DNA of 64,000 bases from the human T2T-CHM13v2.0 reference genome, Homo sapiens. The notes under the pieces were generated by a model. The model was not told where the DNA came from and did not search any database. It saw only the letters and a list, made by a program, of their open reading frames with translations. Below are positions 47,451 through 61,262 of the stretch, piece after piece. How positions within the stretch are numbered: the first letter of the stretch is position 1; the number at the start of each line of letters is the position of its first letter. The stretch lies in the NCBI RefSeq assembly GCF_009914755.1, contig NC_060942.1. The stretch is one strand, 5' to 3'. The position numbers were made by a program, and so were the translations under genes.

Positions 47451-47484
<34 letters not shown>
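47445..47484. repeat. (TG)n/(TA)n microsatellite
   Basis: directly visible. Confidence 0.93.
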
Positions 47485-47489
<5 letters not shown>

Positions 47490-48961
47490 ATTATGGTTCT
47501 TAGTGATGTTCTTCTCTTCTGTCACCATGGAAATTGACATCAAATTATTTTCAATGTATTTCTGAAAGGAGAATGAGTGCTTCTAGCACATAATAGAGGT
47601 ATTCATACCATTTAATAAAACTGACCACAGTGCTAATGGAAATCTACTTGATGATGTATGGTATTTAAAAAATCATTCTTTATTCTCTAAAAGCAAAATA
47701 CACTGCCTTACTTTGTAAGAAAACCTACTCAACAACTCCACAAGAGGTTACGAGTGGCAGAAAAGCTCTCACATTCAAGGGAATGGTGGTGAGATGAAAG
47801 ATTTCTTTTCAATTTTAGTTTCTTTTCATTTAAAAGGAAAGGGGAAAGAAGACACTGGCTTCAAATGCATCTGAATAGAGTAGATGAATTAATAAATGTT
47901 GTGCATACTTGTAGTCAAAAGGGAGCTTATGAAAAGGAAAAGCAAGATGCCACTGCTTGGTGAACACCTAAGACTTTATGAATAAGGAAATCATTAACAT
48001 TCAGATGAAGTCGTAACCAAGCAGCTATTTAAATGGGACAATTAGCTGGTGCTTTCCTGAAGATGGCCTGCGCAGGGGCAGAGTAGCTGACTCTCTGTTG
48101 ACAATATTACCTTCTCCCTTTCTTCCAGTCGGAATACACATACTGTGAAATTGTATGCTTTCATCTACATTATATTTATTTCCACCACTCCCTGAAGGTA
48201 AAAAGAGACTTTCTCAATGGTCCTTTTATCATAGATCATAGATTAATACCCCAGGAACCTATTCTGCTTTGTACGTTTACCTCACTCATTTTCCTCAAAA
48301 ATTCTATTTTTCTGGGTTTATGGCCATGGCCAGTCCTGCTGCACCAAAACTGCAGATACGGCAGATGATGCAGAGAAAAATCCATTGCAGAAGTTCATGA
48401 TGGCAAGGCAGGAAATCATGAATCTGGAACCCAGGCGTTCAGTCTAGGTGAGGTGCCATGATTTAGATTCAAAGAATCACTTCTTTCTTCACTCTAAAAT
48501 TGTTTTAAATGGGTCTGGGCTCTTTGGATGAGGCGGACTCCTCCATTCACGCAGCTGCCTGAGACCATGGAAGTACCAGCATCCCTCCCTGAAAGACCAG
48601 TGAAGCCCTGAGAAGTAGATCCCCCTGGATCTATAACTTCAGACATACTATGCACTGTGAATTTGCTCATTCAATAGCAAAACAAAGAAAAAAGTAAACT
48701 CAGCCAAATCCAAGTGGTCATTTTTAAGCAATTTGAAACAGACATAAGCCTGTAAGGCCTGGCCTGACTGACCTATTCTTTGTTCTGGGCAAGGAAATAG
48801 TAGCCAGGGCACTATGCTAGTCTGGGCAGCCCCAACTGTGTTGATGGCAAGAATTTAGGGATTGCCTAATGCTCCTCAAGAATCATTTGTTCCAGCTTCA
48901 CTGCAGGGGGTGGGGCTGGGAGTGGGGGTGATGATGGGGGATGTGTGCAAGGAAATACTTG

Positions 48962-50516
48962 TAAGATTTTTCAGAAAAAGAGGACCAGGAGCCTCCAGGG
49001 AACGCCCTTAAGTAACTCGCACACGCGGGACCTGTTCCCACCTAGGACCACAGGCTCAAGGTGGCAGGTAGATGCAGCCAGCAGGCGCCTCTCCTCCAAA
49101 GGGAACCAAAGGAACCAGTAGATTTTCACACTCGGAACAGATCGACTAAGAGAACGCAGGGATTCAGCTGAGAAGTCACAGGGAGCCTGAGGAGCTGAGC
49201 AGAGGCAGCCGGGCAGCCTGAACGGAGAAATCGGATTGGCAGAGACCGCCTGCAGCTCCCGGGTAGGGGAAACGGGAAGATGTCCCCCACTACAAAGCAA
49301 ATTGACAAACTTGTGTGTCTGGAATTGGTTCCTTCCGGTGGGTTCTTGGTCCCATTGACTTCAAGAATGAAGCTGCGGACCCTTGTGGTGAGTGTTACAC
49401 TTCTTAAAGATGGTGTGTCCAGAGTTTGTTCTTTCAGATGTTCAGATGTGTCCAGAGTTTCTTCCTTCTGGTAGGTTCATGGTGTTGCTGACTTCAGAAG
49501 TGAACCAGCAGACCTTCGCAGTGAGTGCTACAGCTCTTACAGGTGGCGCGTCCGGAGTTGTTCATTCCTCCCGGTGGGTTCCTGGTCTTGCTGGCTTCAG
49601 GAGTGAAGCTGCAGACCTTCGCAGTGAGTGTTACAGCTCATAAAGGTAGTACAGACCCAAAGAGTGAGCAGCAGCAAGATTTATTGCGAACAGCGAAAGA
49701 ACAAAGCTTCCACAGAGTGGAAGGGGACCTCAGCCAGTTGCCGCTGCTGGCTCCGGTGGCCAGCTTTTATTCCCTTATTTGGCCCCGCCCATGTCCTGCT
49801 GATTGGTCCGTTTTACAGAGTGCTGATTGATGCGTTTTTACAGAGTGCTGATTGGTGCATTTACAAACCTTTAGCTAGACACAGAGCGCTGATTGGTGCA
49901 TTTATAATCCTTTAACTAGACGGAAAAGTTCTCCAAGTCCACACTTGACCCAGGAAGTCCAGCTGGCTTCACCTCTCACTTGGAAGAAGCGATTTACACA
50001 GGATGTGCAGATCTCAACAAAAGGACACAGGAAACATGAAAAAGCAAAGAAATGTGACGCCTCCAAAGGAACCCAGTAATTCTCCAGCAACCAATCCCAA
50101 TCCAAAAGAAACTGAAGATATTTTGGATAGAGAATTGAATATACTGATTATACAGTCAATGGGCAAGGTGCAAGAGTCATTTGGAAAAGAACAAAGGGAA
50201 AAGATGGAAACAAGGGTCTGCAGGAACAATTTACCCACTGCAATGATATTTTTAAAAGGAACCTGACAATACTTCTGAAACTGAAAAAAAATCACTAGAT
50301 GAAATACAAAGTAAACTCAAAAGCTTCAATGACAGAATAAAACAAGTAGAAGAAAACCTCTCAAAACTTAAAATCTGAAGCATATGTCTTAAAGGTTTAA
50401 AGGGTTATACTCTGGTCATTAATGTGAGTGAAATCTGCTGGGTCAATTGTTATACTGGGGTCTTGCATAATCATTAAAGTGAAATGAGAATAAAAAGGAA
50501 AAGAAAAGAAAAAGAA
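48962..50516 (+). pseudogene. Putative processed retrocopy of a transcript derived from an L1 5'UTR/ORF1, split by LTR12
   Basis: L1-like 5' motif (caaggtggc), ORF1 N-terminal peptide MKKQRNVTPPKE, short 3' segment not recognisable as L1, ATTAAA 50473-50478, A-rich tail, degenerate TSD (10/13). Confidence 0.65.
49314..49978 (-). mobile_element. LTR12 (ERV9) solo LTR
   Basis: tgtgtctggaattggttccttccggtggg...ctggcttcacctctca; repeated gctgattgg CCAAT units; 4-bp TSD CTTG (49310-49313, 49979-49982). Confidence 0.96.
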
Positions 50517-51247
50517 TATACTAGGCCCAAAAATCAGTCAAGCATATTTCAGAGTATCACTGAGTTTCGGACTATGTCAGTGAGCAAATTTGAGAGTATT
50601 TCAATGAGTGTTTATGTTAAAGAATTATGTTCATGTTCTCGAAGACTCTTATGGATCTGATAAGACTTCCATTACTCTCCTTACAATTAAATTGTCATGT
50701 GTTGTCACTAGATATGTCACATTGAGATCTGTGTATACTCTTCCCCAAAGATAAATTCACAAATTGCTGCCAGTGAAACTGCAATGTTTGGAACACTCTT
50801 GTGAGGAGATTCTCTCTAAAGAGACCTACAATCTGATATTGCTACTGAAAAACAGAGACAAAACCCATCAGTTAAAGCCACCTCAAATGTGGTAGTGGAT
50901 TTGTTATAGACTGTCAATGCTGCCAATCATTTCTGCTCCAAAATGACTTTTTTAAAAGCACCAAAACAATTTCCCCATTGTAAACAGACACTAGTGGTGA
51001 GAAAAAAATATGGGAGTGATAGAAAGGCAAGCTCTAGCAAGATATTTAGTTAGAAAAACAAAACAGAAGAAAAACAAAGAAAAGAGAAGAATTATATAAG
51101 CAGAGGGCTAAAGCCAGTGTAGCCAATGTAATTAATTGTTGTTTGGGGTAGAAAATAGGATAAAGGGACAGTAGAAACACCATTGGAAGTGGTCCCTACA
51201 ACTCTTATATCTTCAATTTGTTCCTTTCTTCATATTTAAAATCCACA

Positions 51248-51405
51248 ACTTGGGCATGGTGACTCATGCCCATAGTCCCAGCTACCTGAGATGCCAAGGC
51301 AGGAGGACTGCTTGAGCCCAGGAGTTTGAGGCTGCAGGGAGCTATGATTATGCCATTGCACTCTAGCTTGTGCAACAGACCAAAACCCTATCTCTAAAAT
51401 AAAAA
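51248..51405 (+). mobile_element. Alu monomer (FRAM/FAM-like)
   Basis: single right-arm-like monomer; TSD-like aaaatccacaa / aaaatccataa. Confidence 0.85.
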
Positions 51406-51994
51406 TCCATAATTAGGGCCCTAGAAAAATGAACAATTCCTGGCTTGGACAATCACACAGACACACACCCACACACACACACACACAACTGTATTAAAGT
51501 GTAAAGAGGAAAATAACTTTCACTGCTTTTTACCTCTGTTGAGCCTCCACTCTTTCCATAAGTAGTATTGTCATCTTTCTGAACGAAGCACACGAGGCTC
51601 AGAGGTGTGACCTCAAGTCCTAAGATCACGAAGTCACTGAGCAGCAGAGCCTGGGTTCAGACAGGGGCCCATGGTGTTTTTACTACTTTATCCTAGAATG
51701 CCTGGATACTGTAAACTTTTGCATTGCATAATGTCATTAATAGCTATACATTTCACCTGGTTCCATAAAGCTAAGATATCAAGAACACTTTGAAATTGTT
51801 AAAGAGAACAGCAGATTTCATTTGTATGTTGCTCTAAAGTTTGCTAATACATTATTCTTCTACTGTAAAATGAAATTATCAGAAATAAGATCCATAGCTA
51901 AGATACAGTGGAGAAGGAACCCAAATGTTATTTCCTCATTTCCAGTATGCTTTGGACTACATCATGACTGTCTTAGTTTCCCTAGAAATTCGTC

Positions 51995-52470
51995 AATTCA
52001 TTCAGTTTACACATATACCAGAATGCTTACTATGTGTTAGGCACTGCACTAAGTGTTGAGACAATGGTGAGAAATAACCAAATACACTGCTTGCTGTCAG
52101 GGAACACAACTAACAGTGAACAAATAACTTATGTACCAACATTCAATCTCCTATGAAAGAAATTATGTGTTTCATGGAGGGCATGTAATGACTGGGAATG
52201 GGGAAGTGTGAGTCTGACACAGTCATAGGCGTCAGGGGAGAAATTCCTGGTTCTAAGATCTGAAGAATATATACAAATTTATCAAAAGAATGGAGGTGAG
52301 AACATTCAAGGAAAGGTAATAGCAAAGGTCTTGACACTAAAGAGAATACGGTGGGTTCAAGAAACTAAAAATGCATCTATTGTGGCTAGAGTTCAGAAAA
52401 TGAGCAGGAGGAAGATAAGAGATGAAACTAGAAAAGGTAGTCAACACCAGATTACTCATGGACGCACAGG
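51995..52470 (-). mobile_element. L2
   Basis: gaatgcttactatgtgttaggcactgcactaagtgttgaga; agaacattcaaggaaaggtaatagcaaaggtcttga. Confidence 0.75.
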
Positions 52471-52767
52471 CCATTTCTCATATTTCTGGAGGCAGCGAAG
52501 TCTAAGATCCAGGTGTCAGCAGATTTGCTTCTGGTGAGGTCCACTTCCTGGTTTGCAGATGGCCATCTTCTCATTGTATCCTTACATGGCAGATAGCAGA
52601 GAGAGGAAGCAGACTGTCCTGTCTTCACCTGTAAGGGCACTAATTCCATTCACGAGAGCTCCACCCTCATGACCTAATTATCTCCCAAAGGCCTCCTATA
52701 TCATCTCCTTGGGGTTAGGGTTTCAACATAAGAATTTTGGGGTGACACAAACGTTCAGTCCGTAACA
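52470..52767 (-). mobile_element. MLT1A/MST-class LTR (partial)
   Basis: ccaccctcatgacctaattatctcccaaaggcc...gacacaaacgttcagtccgtaaca. Confidence 0.85.
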
Positions 52768-52899
52768 CCAGGTGAAAGATACTGGTTTTAATTTGAAAAC
52801 AAGGAGAAGCCCCACAGAATTTTCAGCAGGGTAGATATGATTTATGTAACACCAATATGTATACATGCATAATATGAATGAGACATCTGCCAATTTCTT

Positions 52900-54030
<1,131 letters not shown>

Positions 54031-54154
54031 TTGCTTCTTGAGTTTGTGATGCCTGTGAACTTCCAAGTGGAGCTGTCAGGTAGGCAATTGGATGTACAGT
54101 TCTGGACCTTAAATAGAAGTTTGAAGTAGAGATATACATTTGGACATTACTGCA

Positions 54155-55089
<935 letters not shown>

Positions 55090-55164
55090 TATGTACATTG
55101 CACCTGAAGCCAGTAGTCAAGGACCAGAAAGCCTCATAAGAAGAGAGAGAAGAGGTTCTAAAAC

Positions 55165-55325
55165 TTGGATGTATGTTCAGAATCATCTAGAGGATTTGCT
55201 GAGCTTCACTCCAGAGTTTCTGATCTAGTAAATAAGTTTTGAGATTCTGGGGTGGGGCCTGAACTGTGCATCCTTGACAGTATCAGATTTGTTGATGCCA
55301 CTGATTCAGGGATCCCACTAGTACA
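55165..55325. mobile_element. MER5-like hAT MITE
   Basis: cagaatcatctagagg...ccagagtttctgat...ggggtggggcctga. Confidence 0.65.
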
Positions 55326-56115
55326 GACACTGAGATAGAACCAAACGAAAAAAGGGCTGAGATAAAGCCCAGAGGAGATTCCAATAAAAGAATGAGCCAG
55401 TACAGTTTACTGAGAATATGCACCTAAGAGGGAGTGTTGTCAGAGAAGCCAAAAGCAGATAGTGTTTCAAAAGAGGTCAGAAAGGGAAGGTTTCTTTCAT
55501 GGTTAATTCCATTACCAAAACTTTATTATCTTTCTTTCATCCTATTGCTCTGAGAGTTTCTAATTTAATTTACATCAGAAGATAGGATTTGCTTTTATTT
55601 TATTTTGACCTGAATTTTATATGTACACCCTTCTGTGGCTGACACATTTCAAAGTCAAATGTATTTGACTCAGATATATAAATTCAATAATGTGTCCTAG
55701 GTACAGGGATTGAAAGCTCCTCATTTTCTACTTTAACAAATGGTGGTAATAGTCTATTATTTTATAGGCTCAAAGATCATTTGTATTTTACATGATATGA
55801 CATTACGCTTGCATTTGAATTTAACCACAACTAATGCCCTGGGAATCTACATGTAAAATAGAATAATGATGTCATACTAATAGTCTGATTAGAAATTAAC
55901 CAAGACATTTTCTGATTTTCTTAGTCTCTCTCCACCCACCTTTATTATATTGTCACGCTGCGTGGGTATGAATCACAAATAGAGCTCAGTCTAAACAAAG
56001 GTAATCTTTCTAGGCAAAACAATTGTTGGAATTATATTTTCCTTGATAGAACTGAAAGAAGACTCTTAAAATTTAGTGGGAACTGTTTCATTTGGTCATT
56101 TGAAAAACTACTATT

Positions 56116-56433
<318 letters not shown>

Positions 56434-56825
56434 GGGGCTACTATCGGTTTAAAAATATGGAAGAGAAAATAAAGAGATAATAATGGTATCAATAACAGAC
56501 TTGAAGGGAGCCAACATATTTATTGTTGTTCGGCCTCCCCGCCGAAGTTAAGAATTTATGTTTTCTACATGAAATGGTAAAGGAAGCCTCACAATCAGTC
56601 AAGTCTCACATATTTTGCACCCTAATATGTGTTTTAAATATCCTCTGGGTGTTATTTACTTTTTTATTTAATGCTAGAACTTTAATGAAAGTTTCTATGC
56701 AAAACACATGAGGAAATTCTTGTATGTGTCCTATCTTGTCTGCCTCTTACTCCTACCTACTTTTCCAGAGATAGATTGGGATACAATAAGAGACATAGTA
56801 AAGTGCCTAAAAATAAGGCTTGATT

Positions 56826-57140
56826 AGCCAGGCATGGTGGCTCACGCCTGTAATCCCAGCACTTTGGGAGGCTGAAGCGGGTGGATCACCTGAGGTCGGG
56901 AGTTCGAGACCAGCCTGACCATCATGGAGAAAGCCCGTCTGTACCAAAAATAAAAAATTCACCAGGCATGGTGGCACATGCCTGTAATCCCAGCTACTCA
57001 GGAGGCTGAGGCAGAAGAATGTCTTGAACCTGGGAGGTGGAGGTTGTGGTGAGCCTCGCGCCACTGCACTGCAGCCTGGGCAACGAGAGCGAAACTCCAT
57101 CTCAAAAATATAAATAATTAAATTAAATTAAATTAAATTA
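56826..57140 (+). mobile_element. AluSp/Sq with (TAAAT)n tail
   Basis: 16-bp TSD aaaaataaggcttgat (56809-56824, 57141-57156). Confidence 0.96.
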
Positions 57141-59454
57141 AAAAATAAGGCTTGATCTCCCATAGTAATTTCCTAATAATTTTTTTATTAACATCATCCC
57201 TATTTAGGTGGCCTTATAAGTTAATTTATCCTTTATTTTAGTAAGAATATTCATCCGCATGCCTCGTAAGTGAGAGGTAGTTGCCCCCGGGCAGCAACTG
57301 TGTGCTAAGAAAAGGCTGAAGGTCACCTTAAGATCTGCTGATTGGATGGTCCGTTAGCAGTCAATAATTCACCATCCAAACTTGCTAACTAAATTCATAC
57401 TTGTTATCACTAGCAGGGGACAGATGAGAACTGGGAACCCTAATACTCAGCCTGGTCTTCTTAGGATGGCTCAGGAGCTCCGGCAGGGCAGGGCATTTAC
57501 ATAGCAGCCAGCAGTCACTGCCAGGCATGGATGGGGAGTGGACAGAGGAGGTGGTGGAAGGTGGAGGCAGGCCATGGCAGTAAGCAGGGTGGACAGACAC
57601 TTTTAGTTTAGTAAGGGCAGTGAGATGCCCAGGAAAGAGTTGTAATGCAAGGTTGAAAGTGAGAGTGCCTTATCTGTTAATCGATACCAAGGAGATTAAA
57701 AGAATTAGCTACCAATGTGGGAGATAAAAAGAAAGATGAAAACAAAGGCTTTTGAAAAATTAAAGGCTTAATGACGTGCTCTTGAAAAATTTTGATAGTA
57801 CTATTTCCCAGTTAAACTGACCTCTGCTATTTCCTTTTAGCCATTTAAATTTTTTCTTTCCCTCTCTGTAAAAATAATTTAACATTATAATTGTCATTTG
57901 TTCTTGTATATGTCGCATACAAGACTGGGAAATTGGAATTCGCCTGTGTCCCACGGTGGCAGGGCAAGCCCTTTTGTGCTAGCAAAGGTGCATGCTGTGC
58001 AGTTTTCTATCCTCAGCATGCATTTGTGAAATTACTCAACTCTTACATGAAGCCAAGAAAGCAGATAAACAAGTAGCTATAGAAGTCTCAAGAGGAAGAA
58101 AGCGATCAGGATCATCTTAATGTTTCCAAGTATGATATAAAAAAAGAGTTTTCAGACTCCCAGACCATTTCAGCCACATTATAAAAGCAAAAAGGTAGAC
58201 GAAGATATGCTCATTTCTGTTTCAGTAATATTATGTGTCAGCATTGCTTTGCATGAAGGTTAGCAGAACCATCCATCATTGCAGCTGAACTGCATATTTT
58301 CTTGTTCAGCATTGATAGATTTTTATTTTAACCTTAGAAGTTCCTCAAGGGACTCTATTAGGGGCAATGTCATTCTTTATTCTGCTCTATTACTTCTCTT
58401 TTGTAAACTTTGATGTATGCAGACAACACATTCTGGCTAGGGAAGTTTAATTAGGTAAGTCTACAAATTAATTGTTGCAATTAGACTGCTTCTAACTGCT
58501 TTGTGTTATGAATTTATTTATGCAGTAATTATTATCAGATATCTAGAATAAAAGCCTCCAAAGCTAAAGGTGGTACCTTGCAGATGTATGCACAGCATTC
58601 CACATTTATTAGCCCTCCAAAATAAAAGCATGTATTTAAAAAAGAAAAGAAAAAGAAAGAAGAAAGAAAGAATATCTTGCCTCAGTGGTCATATTCACAT
58701 ACAGATTTTGACAAGCAAACTGTTAACAAAACCTAAACAGGATTGTTTGTATATTGGCAAAATTCAAAATGTTAGACATTATATAAATCACTATAAAACA
58801 ATTTGCTAGTATAAAAACTAAATGAAAATACAAACTCAAGTCCATGCTCTGAAAGGCACCTAGTTTTGTTTGTTCATAGTAATGATTGCAAAGGCATATT
58901 GGAAGAAATTGACGATTTTTCAGTAAATTTTGTTTTTAATTTTTAAGATCATATACCATGAAAAATTTTACAGAGAACTTCTAAGAAAACAACCATGGTG
59001 CTTCAAGCTGTCTCCTCAAATCTTTTTTTTCTGTAACAGGGGCATTGCAGCTCGTAGTAGAGAAAGACAGATCTAATACCATCATTTGAAAGGAAGAAAG
59101 CAGGGAGACGCCAACACTAGCAGAGAAAGAAGCCTATGAACAGAAGTTTGAAAGTCAAACAGTAAAGTGAGAATGAATCATTGGTAGAGATGTAAATTCA
59201 TATAATCTCCCCAAAGAGCAATTTTGAAATGGATTTCTAGTCACTTTAGAATAGTCATTATCTTAGACCCAGTGATTTTAAAAATTGGTTTTCATCTTAA
59301 ATAAATAATACCAAATTTGAAAATAGCTTTATATACAAAGGTATGCATCTCAGCATCAATACTAAGAACTCCCACATACTAGCAACTTATATAGTAACCA
59401 TTAGTATTATTAGCTGTCCAAAAACAAATAAATATATCTCCAATTCAGTTATTA

Positions 59455-59720
59455 CCACATTCATTTAATAAATATGTATTGATCACCCACTCTATGCAGA
59501 GCATTTTTCTATGCACTGGGCACACAAACAGAAATGTTTCTACCCTCAGGGAGACTGCATTCTTTTGCAAGAAGAAGCATAAAAAATAGCAAAGTATTAA
59601 GCAATGTGGGTTAATGAAAGGGACAGGTGTGGGAGTTTAGAGTGTTCTATTTTGGGCGGAGTAGTCCAGAAAGGCCTTTCTGAGATGGTGACATTTGACA
59701 AGAGACCCAAATTAGTGATT
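59455..59720 (-). mobile_element. L2 3' end (probably continues near 60920-61110)
   Basis: cattcatttaataaatatgtattga; aggcctttctgagatggtgacatttgacaagagacc. Confidence 0.72.
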
Positions 59721-60350
59721 AGGGAAGGTAATACTGAAAACAAAAGGATACAGTGCTATTTCATCAGTTATTTTACGTAATACTGAACCTACTGGTATTT
59801 TACAAAAAGAAAAAAAGTTCAAATTTCACAAAATAAAATAAAATTCCATGAAACTAGATATTTAATATATTTCAAATATAAAATCTGTAAATGTATTATG
59901 ACATCATACACTCATAAATTCAAAGGACAAAGAAGCATTATCATTTTAAATATAAATTATTAGGTGATAAAATTGTTAGAAGGAAATTCTTACTTAAAAA
60001 TAAACATCCAACAAAATGAAGACATTTAATTTAACAAGAAAATGTCAAAAGTAACATAATTTAGTCTATGTACTAACCAACAAAGTGCATTAATGTCATA
60101 ATTTTGTAGCAAAGGTCATTGTATGCCATTTGTTGAACTAACACCAAATATTTTCTTCTGACTCTTTCTAATAACTCCACTTCTTGATAAAATCTTTGAA
60201 AAGATCTCTTGAAAAACCATGTTTATATGTTTATTTTGATATTTTTAAAGGAACTTCAGTGTTTTTATTGATGGAAAGCTGTAGTTTTTGTTTCAAAAAA
60301 GACTTGTAGTTTGTCATAGTTTGAGTTTTATCATATATAGGTAAAACTGC

Positions 60351-60945
60351 CTGGAAACTTCTCCCAGATCTTTAAAAGGTGTGCTCCTTTTCATCATATA
60401 GTTAATGATAATTACAGAGGTTAGGAATACTAATTTTCTGTCTCCCAGGAGTAACATATCTGTTATTATTAAGAAGTAAATTTCTTAATGATAAGAATTT
60501 TCAAAGATTTTATCAATATCAGTTTTATCATATATAGATAAATCAATATCAGTACTCTCATATTTATATTCCACTCACTCTGTCTTTGAACTAAAGTGAG
60601 AATTATAATTGCAGTAGAAGCTCTGCAATACCTCAATACATTGTCATCTCTGTAGGTGTGGACCACTCCAGATGTGTACATACAACTTTGTTTTGTCTTC
60701 TTATAGAAATAGAATAATTGAATTTTTTATCTTGATTCCAAAACATTAACGATTCCAATTTCAGATTATTATTATTGGTGCAATGATGGTATAATACTAC
60801 TAAAATAGCAGAATTTTACTTCTTAATACTAACAGATATGTTACTCCTGGGAGACAGAAAATCAGTATTCCTAACCTGTGTAATTATCATTAAACTATAT
60901 GATGAAAAGGAGCACACCTTTTAAAGATCTGGAAGAAGTTTCCAG
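60351..60945. repeat. Inverted duplication: ~135-bp arms, ~324-bp spacer
   Basis: 60351-60485 matches the reverse complement of 60810-60945 with about 6 differences. Confidence 0.96.
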
Positions 60946-61262
60946 AAGATCAAAAGTAAGTGCTAAAGCTCTGACATGGAAACTAGCAAGGAGACAAGTG
61001 TGCCCAAAGATTGTTTCAAAGAAACAGGGAGTTAGGATCTTCCTCTGGAGCTGGAAGCAGAAGGCCAGACATGTAAGGCCTTGATGGGCTTAATAGTTTG
61101 GGTTTTATTCCAAATGTTCTGTTTGCACAATTTGTAATATCATTAGGACATACTATTGAAATGATGCAAAGTTGAAAAAAGGATACAAAATTATTATATA
61201 GCATGATACTAACTGACTTAAAAAATGATAAGTAAAAATGTTTGAAATGAAATAAACTAAAA

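Noticed and set aside
49790-49905. Regularly spaced repeats (ttttacagagtgctgattg) that might look CRISPR-like
   Set aside because: Normal tandem CCAAT-containing units of the LTR12 U3 region; eukaryotic context, no unique spacers.
57279-57360. agttgc...gcaact palindrome and ctgattgg as an X-box/Y-box promoter
   Set aside because: Half-site spacing too long for an RFX site; no CpG island or other support.
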